Part shown: piece by piece, positions 28,439-38,000 of the stretch | How positions within the stretch are numbered: position 1 is the stretch's first letter | How the letters are laid out: every line of letters begins with the position of its first letter | Assembly (NCBI GenBank): GCA_905373475.1 | Contig: CAJPTC010000001.1 | Span: forward strand, 163,998 to 227,997 | DNA length: 64,000 nucleotides | Direction: 5' to 3' | Source: Bacteroidia bacterium | GTDB taxonomy: Bacteria > Bacteroidota > Bacteroidia > Bacteroidales > CAJPTX01 | Notes under the pieces: model-generated | Seen by the model: only the letters and a program-made list of their open reading frames with translations | The model's database searches: none | What the model was told of the DNA's origin: nothing | Program-made: the position numbers and the translations under genes

Positions 28439-31400
28439 TTACCGCTCGCCACGAATTTTCAGTTCTGCCCAAATTGTTGCGCAGATGCGTAAGTACCAGT
28501 TTACGTCGTCGAAATCGAGGCGACGCCCTACACGTTTCTGTAACCAAAGGCGTGCGGGCTGGTAGGCGCCAACATAGTGATCCCAAACGGATTGGGGGAC
28601 ATTGTTGAAGTACTGCGTATCGTTTATCCAGACCTTTCCGTTGTCGTATTTTACGAATTCTATCTGGTTTGAACCTGCCACGTCGAAAGTGGCTATGAGG
28701 GGAAGGTTTAACGTCTCATCCATGAGATGGAGACGACGGAGCTGCGCCCCAATTTTCACAAAGTGCTCGTATTCAGCTTTGTTTTTGGGGTACGGTATAC
28801 GTGGGTATTCTATCTTGAGGAACTCGAAGTATTTAGTGCAATACTCCTTGTCGTGCAAAACGCCGTAAACATAGTCAAATACCTCTTCGCCCTTTACGGG
28901 TTCGCCGATAGCCTCGCTAATCTTTGCGAGTATCTCAGGGCGCATATTGAGCTCAAGTTCTATTGGTTTGCCGTTGCGCGTTTTTCCTGCCACGAGCTCT
29001 GCGGGAGTATAATTCCAACCGTCGAGGAGTTTGTAAAGAGGGAAAAGATAACTACCGTCGCAAACACTGGCTTTATCGGCAAGATGTGAGGTAACAAAGC
29101 AATGACGGAAACTGCTTTCGCGCACTAAACGTGTGGTGCATAGTACTTTATTTTGGGGATGCAGTGCCCCTCCTAGCGTCTTGAAACACGGATAGGCAAA
29201 TAAGCCTTTAGTCTTGCCTGTATAGGGAACGTAACGATCATCGAATGGGCGATAGGTATAGCGAATAAATGCCACCTCCTTAGCATGACTTTGCGCATCT
29301 GCTATTACGCTTCTCACTTGCCAGTCTCGACTGTCTGTTCCAGTTTGATACGCTTCTCGAAATTGTTCAGTTGTAAGTTTTTGTGCGGCTGCAAATAGGG
29401 CTTCTGCCTCGCAATGTTGGAAATTCACTACCACACGATCTCGCTTTGATAATGACCCTAACGCTGCAATTTCAAACAATTCGTTCAATGAGAAACCTGC
29501 CCTGTACTCTTCTTCGCTTGTAAAATCCTTTTCCACAAAGAAATAATACGGCGCAACAGGAATTAATTCTTTCCAGTCAGAACTATTCAAGTGCAACGCT
29601 TGGAGCGCTACCAGTTTTTCTTGTCTCAAACCATACAGCTCGTGGTAAAAGAGCTTCGCCTGTTCGTTCTTTGGTTCTTTATGTTTCACAAAAATATTGA
29701 TACTCACCCCTGTTTGAATATCGAATACGTTTTCATCTTTGCCACCGTCGGGCGCTTTCTCCTTCATACGGCTATTGCCGTGCAAATTCAGAATATAGAT
29801 CTCGTCAAACAAGCGCAATAACTCCTTACGCATTTGACGATGAATAACACCATCTAAAAAACGATTATTTGTAATAAACGCCACAATACCTTCCCCCGTT
29901 TGTTCCTCTATTTGGTACTGCGCGTAACGGATGAACTTAATGTAGTCGTCAGAAAGTGGTTTAATGTTCTTTTCGTTCAAATCCTCTTTGTAGGTGAGCA
30001 TCAGATTCTCGATCCATCTACTCTTGTTAGAACTACTTACATTATAAGGAGGGTTGCCGAGCATCACCATTACGCGCATGTCGTGCTTAAGGGCGTTTAC
30101 AGCACGCGCTTCCACATCGATTGGGAAAAGTCCGCCTGTTTCGGGGTGTTCTCTTTCAAGCGTATTGGTAAGGTAAATTCCATAGCGCGCACTGCCTAGG
30201 TCCGTTGCACCTGTTTCACGAAATACATACTCGAGGTTGAGATGTGCCATGGCATAAGGCGCCATCAGGATTTCGTAACCGTGAAGGCGAGGCAGGAGAT
30301 GATCGCGCACGTAGTCGTTCCAAACACCTTGCTGCCCTGCGAATTTGCGGTAAATGGCACGTACCACCTCGGCAAGGAATGTGCCCGTGCCTGTGGCAGG
30401 GTCTAAGATTTGGAGACGATGAACAGGGTTACCTTTTGCATTGGTGACCGTGCTGCGATCTGCCAAACCGTCGCGTAAGCCAAAGTCGCGTTGCAAGAGT
30501 TCATCAACAGCACGAACAATAAAGGCTACTACGGGCGAAGGGGTATAGTATACGCCGCGTGCTTTGCGACGAGCAGGATCATACGCTGTAAGGAAGTCCT
30601 CGTAGAAAAGCATGATGGGGTCGTGCGCTGTACTCTTCTCCGTGTCCAGAAGGGTACGCACATCGGTTGCGCCGAAAACACCCACGAGGTCGTCTATAAT
30701 CCAAGCGACGCGCGTATCAAGGTCGTACACGCCGATGCGCTGAAAAAGTTTGCGTAGGAACGGATTGCTTTGCGGAATGAGTTCAGCAGCTTCTTGGCGA
30801 GAGAAAGTATCGAGATTTTGGTCGTGATAGCGCGCAGCGAAGAGGGCGTAAACAATGGTCTGTGCATACCAGTCGGCAAATTCTTCCTCTTCTACAGTGC
30901 TCATAAGCACCGTGCGCATACGCTCGAATTGTTGCCGCAATTCTTGCCCTGCGTCGCTTTCTTTCTCTTTCAACACCTCGCGTATCGAACCTGCGAGGAG
31001 CTGGGCTTTGCCTGCCATGAGGAGGGCGAGCTTCTTGGCAGAAGAGATGGGGGCGGGTTGCGCATCGTGGAGTATAGACAGGAGTTCGGTAAAACGCTGT
31101 TCGGCATCGGGGAGTATAGAAAGAGTGTTGCCGTTTTGCCGTGCTACTTGTATTTCTAGCAAGCATTCCTCGCCACGATATAGAAGGAAACGAAGAAAGT
31201 CGGTAAAGACTATGCAGTCTAACCCCTGTTTGTAGCGTGAGAATTGCGCTTTATTTTGTTTTATGCCCTGAAGGTCGGGGTCTCCAATATCTTTGGTTTC
31301 AAGGTAAGCGACAGGGATGCCGCCGTTTTGTAACAGTACAATATCTGGCGCTCCGCACGCGATGCGTTTCGGTTCGTTGATGATGGTTAGTCGTCGCAGT

Positions 31401-31531
31401 TCATCGGTCTCTTGGAGAAATTCCACCAAAGCGGGACGCAAACTCTGCTCTGTGGTAACGCCTGTTTTGTATTCTTGGGAGAGTCTGTTTAGGTATTTTC
31501 TCAGAGGTGTTTGGGGTGCTGCTGTTGCCAT
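28439..31531 (-). CDS. Type IIG-like / YeeA-like N6-adenine DNA methyltransferase RM2 with N-terminal nuclease-like domain and type-ISP-like C-terminal domain
   Basis: 1030-aa ORF. N-terminus has GAPDIVLL...VAYLETKD (PD...ExK, HSDR_N-like). Motif I is DPATGTGTFLAEV and motif IV is LGNPPYNVSS. The C-terminal EYPRIPYPK motif is as in type ISP/YeeA C-terminal domains. No helicase domain and no partner gene. Confidence 0.85.
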   Translation of the reverse strand: MATAAPQTPLRKYLNRLSQEYKTGVTTEQSLRPALVEFLQETDELRRLTIINEPKRIACGAPDIVLLQNGGIPVAYLETKDIGDPDLQGIKQNKAQFSRYKQGLDCIVFTDFLRFLLYRGEECLLEIQVARQNGNTLSILPDAEQRFTELLSILHDAQPAPISSAKKLALLMAGKAQLLAGSIREVLKEKESDAGQELRQQFERMRTVLMSTVEEEEFADWYAQTIVYALFAARYHDQNLDTFSRQEAAELIPQSNPFLRKLFQRIGVYDLDTRVAWIIDDLVGVFGATDVRTLLDTEKSTAHDPIMLFYEDFLTAYDPARRKARGVYYTPSPVVAFIVRAVDELLQRDFGLRDGLADRSTVTNAKGNPVHRLQILDPATGTGTFLAEVVRAIYRKFAGQQGVWNDYVRDHLLPRLHGYEILMAPYAMAHLNLEYVFRETGATDLGSARYGIYLTNTLEREHPETGGLFPIDVEARAVNALKHDMRVMVMLGNPPYNVSSSNKSRWIENLMLTYKEDLNEKNIKPLSDDYIKFIRYAQYQIEEQTGEGIVAFITNNRFLDGVIHRQMRKELLRLFDEIYILNLHGNSRMKEKAPDGGKDENVFDIQTGVSINIFVKHKEPKNEQAKLFYHELYGLRQEKLVALQALHLNSSDWKELIPVAPYYFFVEKDFTSEEEYRAGFSLNELFEIAALGSLSKRDRVVVNFQHCEAEALFAAAQKLTTEQFREAYQTGTDSRDWQVRSVIADAQSHAKEVAFIRYTYRPFDDRYVPYTGKTKGLFAYPCFKTLGGALHPQNKVLCTTRLVRESSFRHCFVTSHLADKASVCDGSYLFPLYKLLDGWNYTPAELVAGKTRNGKPIELELNMRPEILAKISEAIGEPVKGEEVFDYVYGVLHDKEYCTKYFEFLKIEYPRIPYPKNKAEYEHFVKIGAQLRRLHLMDETLNLPLIATFDVAGSNQIEFVKYDNGKVWINDTQYFNNVPQSVWDHYVGAYQPARLWLQKRVGRRLDFDDVNWYLRICATIWAELKIRGER

Positions 31532-32002
31532 TCTATTGTTTTATTTCACAGCGAAAATAACGAAAGCTCGTTGAAAATCAGTACTGTAAATGCGTTGCTC
31601 GCAACGAGCGTTCTGTTGTACATCGCATTGTATAAAATTAAGCGAGGCACGCCATCGCCCCATAGATATTGAGGGAATATTCCCTTGCGTTGCCCTACCT
31701 ACGAGGCTAATAATCGGAAAATTGTTTGTGCGACTATTTCTCCTTTTTCTGAAAAAAATATAGAAAAGCGAGAAAAATGGAGCGGCAGTATGTGACTTTT
31801 TCTAAGAAAAAGAGCTCGCATTTACGAAAAATTTCATTGACTAACAATATTTTTATTCCCGATTAAATGACTATGGATCAGTTTTTTGATACAAAAATTT
31901 TTAGTAAAACACATCTTTTTGATAGGAATGGCGCAGATTGTTTGATTAGAAATAGTATAACTTAGTTATGCATATAGACATTAACCAATAAAAAGAGAAT
32001 AA

Positions 32003-35000
32003 ATGAAGCGAGTTTGTCTATTGGTTCTGTTGTTGTGTGTAGCGGTTCAATTATATGCACAGCAACCAATTCGTTTCGGAGATCGCGAGGTCTACCTTGA
32101 GACGAACGTCCGAACAACAGTGCGCGGACACAGAACATCCAGCCTAGAACTTGGCGTTCCGACGGGCGAAAAGCTCAACGTCTTAGTTCAGTTTGAGGCG
32201 GGGCGAATTCCCTATTCTGTTTTAAAACAGAAAGGGGTAGAGCTTGGAGATTACCTAGGCGCAAATGCGTACTACGCAAAGGTGGCTCCAGGGAGTCGTC
32301 CGAGCGATTTTGTAGGTACGGGGCTTCGTGCTGTGGTACCCATTCGCGGTGAGTGGAAAGTTGTTAGTGGACTTTTGCAACAGGACATTCCCGAGTGGGC
32401 GCACGAAGGTGATAATCTCAAGATGAACCTTTCTTGGTTCGATGGTATTACGTGGGAACAGGTGAAGCGCCTCCTTGATGCGCAGGGTGCGACTTACAGA
32501 ACACCTTCGGAGTTCTCGCGTAGTGTAGAGGTTGTGGCAAAACGCGAAGCAATTCTTGCACTGGCAGAACATGAGGCAATTTCGTTTATTCGGTATACGA
32601 CTCCTCCCATGGAGGTGGAAAATTTTGAAGGAGCACACGTCAGTGGCGCATTCACCCTTCGTACACCTACAGCACTAGGAGGGCGTGGACTTACAGGGCG
32701 TGGTGTTCGCATTGGCATTTGGGATGGCAATGTGGCAGACCACGTAGATTACGGTAAGCGTGTTCACCGTAAAGAATTTGAGTTGTCAGTATTGTCTTCG
32801 AGTGCGCACGGAATGCACACAACGGGGACGATTTTGGGTAGTGGTTTGCGTAATGAAAAACACCGCGGGATGGCTCCTGAGGCTGAAATTTGGACTTATA
32901 ACTTCAACATGCAGTCCAACGGTCTGACAACAGAGCAGGAGATGTATTTAGCAGCACTTGAAGAAAAGATCTCGCTGACCTCCAACTCCTACGGAATGAA
33001 TATGAAGAATATATGCGGTACGAAGCGGATTTTGAATTACTCGTACTTGGGGCAACCGAACCTTGACCTCCTTGCCTACGTTGTGCCCACGTTGACGCAT
33101 GTTTTTTCGGCAGGTAACTCTCAGGGGGCATGTGGTTGGAAATATAGTCACGTTTCTAACTATGGGAAGAACATAATCTCGGTAGCAGCAGTGAAGCCCA
33201 ATGAGCAGATCACGACCTTCTCGAGTTTTGGTCCGCTATTAGATGGACGTATGTTTCCTATTATTAGTGCTTTGGGGCAAGGTGTGTGGTCTACTGTAGA
33301 TATGCAGTCGTATTGGCAGATGGACGGAACGTCAATGTCTTGTCCGACCGTTACAGGTCATTTGGCGCTCCTAACACAACGCTATAAAGAGTTACATGGT
33401 GGTGCAATACCTTATAACTATTTTTTGAAGGCGCTTATAGCTAATACAGCGCGCGATGCTGGCAATCCTGGTCCTGACTACAAGTATGGTTTTGGCTTGC
33501 TAGATGGTGTGGCTGCCATAACAGCTATGGAGAACAACTGGTACAAAAAGGCTGTATTCTCCAAAGGCGGAGCACCGCAGACAACGAAAATTACTGTCCC
33601 GGCGGGTGTAAAAGAACTCCGTGTAATGCTTTGTTGGAATGACCCAGTGGCTGACAAGGAATATGCTACGGGCGAGAATCCGATGATCAATGACCTTGAT
33701 CTAAGTGTAACCGCGAATGGTACAACGCATCTACCACTCACGCTAGATGCCAAGACACCGGATGCACTAGCAGTCGAAAAAGAAAATAAGCTAGACAACA
33801 TTGAGCAGGTGGTATGGAAAATGCCCGCAGCTGGTGAGTATACGATACAGGTATCGGGGGCTGTAAATCAGGAAGATGAACAACCTTATGCTATTGTATG
33901 GTATTACGACAAGAAGCAACCCGCTATTACAGCACCGTTAGAAGGCGAAGTTTATACTCCAGATGAAAAACTCTGGTTGCGCACGGAGAATCTGCAAGCT
34001 CCGTTGAAAGTAGAACTTTCGGTAGATGGTGGTGCGTCCTATACCCCAATTGACGGAACATACGATGCTTGTGCACTACTCGAACCGTTAGGTCAGTATG
34101 GAGTAAGTAAAGCCGTACTCCGAGTAACAGACCGCGATGGCAATGTACTTCAGTCGGGCACATTCAGTATTATGTCGCAGGTAAAAGGTGTGAAGTTGCA
34201 GGCTCCTTCGTGTGGCACAGACGGTTGGAAGTTAACATGGAAAAAGGCGTATGATGCGGCGAAATATGAAATTCTGAAAGCCGATTTCGATTCAGAAACG
34301 GTAGAGGTAATTGGTGAGACTCCTAGCACGAAACGTTCTTTTGAAATTCCGAGTGAGAAGGTCAATAAAGGTCGTAATCTGTTCTCGGTACGTGCGGTCT
34401 CCGCAGAGGGGGTGCGTGGTATACGGAGTGTAGGCGAGGTGCAGGAAGCGGCGTATCTACCTGCTATTACAGCAGATAACTTGCCATACTTTGAAACCTT
34501 TGTCGGGTGGCCTCTGAAAACAGGGCATGTGGAAACGGGGAAAAATCTGGACTTCCGCCCTGTAGAATCATTACCAGAGCTCCGTCTTCCTTTTGATTCT
34601 CATATATTGGCTTGGGATGGGAAGATTGAGCCTGACAATTGGGATGATCCTTTTGCGGAGCGTAAGAACGTGGGGCAATTGAGCATTTGCGAACTCGATT
34701 TGACGGGACTTGAGGATGGTACTGAGATACAGCTTTTTGCTCATACCTTGCTATTGAAGGCTGACGGAGATCCCACGGGTTCACAATTGCGTCTGTTAGT
34801 CAACGGTGAGGAATATCCTGATGTGATGGGGCGTAAGCGTATTATTGGCGATGGTGAAGAGCGACGTCTATGCTGGGATTTGTCCAAGTTTGTTAAGCAA
34901 AAAGTATCGCTAAAATTCGAGGGGGCGATGAAGACCTCCGATGATGGGGTAGCCATAGTAAGCTATCGTATCATCAAGAAGACGGTGCTCTCAGACGTAG

Positions 35001-38000
35001 GGGTCGCTTGGGTTAATGATCCTGAGATTAAGGCAGAGGCTAATTTGCAAGAAAGGACTATTCGTTTTGACGTGCAGAACTACTCGTCGAAAGATTTGAA
35101 GAATGTGCCCATCTCTGTAGAAGTGGATGGCAAGCTCATTTACTCCGAATCGCTTGAATCGTTGAAGCCTTTTGAAGACCGCATCATTACCTGCAAGCAC
35201 AATTTCTACAGCAAGGAGGCGCATAAGTTCCGTGTAGATATTCATGTAGACTGTGATGACGATGCCAATCCGTATAACAATGATGCTGCATTTGAGGTGT
35301 ACAATCTGGGCGATATCATAGCTATGCCCGAGATCCAGTATATCAATGTAATGGGCATGATATTCCCACGTGTACCCTTTGAGAAGATAACGCTAAGTGG
35401 CAATAAGCTATTTACGGATGGTCGAGGTGAGCTAGAACCCTACTATCAGCGTGAGCGTGCCGTATTACAAATACAACCAGAACACGATAATGGGATTGTA
35501 CAGATTGTTTTCCGTGAACTTGCTTTGGCAAAATACGATACACTCTATGTGTTTACAGGCAATGTGCCCGACAATCTCAATGTGGATCTTGCACATCCGT
35601 CGCTTGTATTTGCAGGGCAAAGTTCAGAGCCTCGAACGATAATCTCTGAGGCGCGTAACGGGGCTATTACTTTTGCATTTAAGGCTGAGAATCCGAAACC
35701 AGGCGATGGTTGGATAGCAGATGCTTCCGAAATTCTTATGGAGAATACGCTGGCGATCACCGAATTTAGAGAGGTGGCTGGTAAAGACGCTACGCATAGC
35801 AAGTTGGAAGTAATAGTGCAGAATTTTACACCTGCCCCGATCTATGAAGCCCCGCTTTTTGTTACGATAAATGACGAGCTGCAGCGTTTTGAGATCCCAG
35901 TACTTAAGGCGAATAGTACTACGAGCTTTATATTACCCGATGAGCTAGATGTTACACCTCCCGTGCGTGTTCTGTTAGTTGCAGAGCTTGCTAAGGATGG
36001 TAAGATGGATGACAATCGGAAGGAGCTCTTGATAGAACGCGACCCATTGTGGAATGGCGGCGGAAAGATAAAGACCCCTGCGACGCTTTATATGACCAAG
36101 GTTTATGCTGTGGGAGCAAAGGATACGATAGCCGTGAAGCCATCGGCACAAATTCTTTACCTGTCGGCACAAAAACTAGAGCTTTATACAGAGAGCAACA
36201 ATGCCCTCGGAATACATTTGTCTGTATTGCCCGCGGAGGCTCAGTTGCCTGCAAGTCTGCGCGTTTGGATAGATGTTAACAAGGATGGTGTTCTAGATGA
36301 TACGAAGGAAGCTTACACAGTGGCGCTTCAGAAAGATGTAGCCTCGTACTTAGTTCCCATCAATAGTTCGTCTTTGGTGGGTGTAGCGGCAGGTGAGTAC
36401 CGTATGCGCATTATGCTTGCGAAGGATGAAGACTACCTGAAGTTTAAGGGAGGTAAGGAAATAGAGTGGGGGAGTGTAGTAGATGTTACGGCTGAGCTCA
36501 AAGAGGGAAGAAGTCCGAGTGACTATGAGTTAGCTTTGGTTCGTTTTGCTGATCTAAAATCGGGACGTACGCTTTCTACGGAAACGTCTATTAAGTTAAA
36601 AGTACGTAACAATGGGCTTGCGCCGATAACAAAGATTGCTCTTACTTGTACAGTAGATGAAAAGACGACGTTTGATGAAGAAGTGTCGTGCAACATTGCC
36701 GTACGCGCGGAGGAGATAGTAGAGTTGTCGCGTAAGGTAGATTTCTCGGCAGAGGGGAAACACACTCTACACGTAGCGCTGAAAGAGCCTGACAGCAATA
36801 CGGCTGATAATGAAGCTAAAATCACGGTTTACAAAATCCCTGCAAAGACATCAGATCTCTACAGTTTGAAGTTTGTGGCTGCTGAGGGCGATGGGGTTCT
36901 GCTACAAAATGTGGCCACAGAGATCGAAAATGATGGTACTATAGAAGGTTGGTGGCGACTAGATGAGCCACAAAGTTGCGCCTTTGCCGATGGTGGTAAG
37001 GCTGGGATTTGGATGGCATCGTTAGTGAACAATCCGAATTTTAGAGATAATACGCTTGTGTTTATGGCGGGTATCAATGGTTTGTTTGCGAGCCTAGATC
37101 CGTGTATAGTTCCTGGGAAGTGGCAACATATTGCAGCCACGTTCTACCAGACTATGGCAACAGGTAGTCCAGAAACTTGGGTTAAAGTGTATGTGGATGG
37201 TAAACATATCCCGATGCGTTCTATGGGCTTTGATGGCTTCAAATTGCGTCACCTCGGTTTGAATGTGGATATGAAGGGCGAAAATGCTATGTTCCGCATC
37301 TGGAAGAAGCAGCTCGAAGAAGCTGAAGTAGTGGCTAATATGACCAAGAGTGTTCGTCAAAGCGATGGGAAACTCCCAGCTGACTGCTTGGGTGAGTTTG
37401 TATTTACCGAAGGACATGGCGTGACGTCGGCATCGGGCGATGAGCGTTTTGCACTCATTGTGTCTAAGCGTGACAATATCTGGCAGAAGATTGAAAATCT
37501 GGTTAGTGATGTGACTGTAGAGGGTCAACTTATTCCTGCTGAAACGGTTGCTAAGAACGAAGTAAAAGTTACTATGGCATCCGATTTCAATGCTTTCAGC
37601 AATGTGAAAGTTAAATTCGGTTTCTTCTGGCCAGGCGCGGTTGTAACTCAAAATGGGAATGTCGTTACGGACGATACAGAGCTTGACTTCTCGTCTGCTG
37701 AACATAAGCTTTCTTTCAAAGTAAAATATGATGCTTTGTTCGGAATGCCAATTGAGCAGGATGTAACGATCCAACTAGTGAATGATAAGTCGGGTGCGTG
37801 CGATCTCTTAGAAATTGCTATGCCGAAGGCGAAGAACCCAGGCTTGAAAAATGAGCTTTCGGAGAACAATCCGAAACAACTTCTTGTATGGGAGGTGGAA
37901 AGTGAGTCGGCAACGAATCCTTTCAATCCGAAGAAAGCGAAGATTGTGGTAAAGAAGATCTCCGATAATGCCAAGTTGTATCGTGGTGACGAAGAACTGG

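Noticed and set aside
28439-31531. Classifying RM2 as BREX PglX or as a full type ISP enzyme.
   Set aside because: There are no PglZ/BrxC/BrxL-type neighbours, and no helicase or Mrr domains in the protein. Only the methyltransferase and C-terminal domains resemble those systems.
31532-32002. Invertible (phase-variable) promoter between RM2 and S8-2.
   Set aside because: I found only tiny AT-rich palindromes (for example CTTTTTCTAAGAAAAAG near 31795-31812). There is no pair of flanking inverted repeats, and no recombinase gene nearby.
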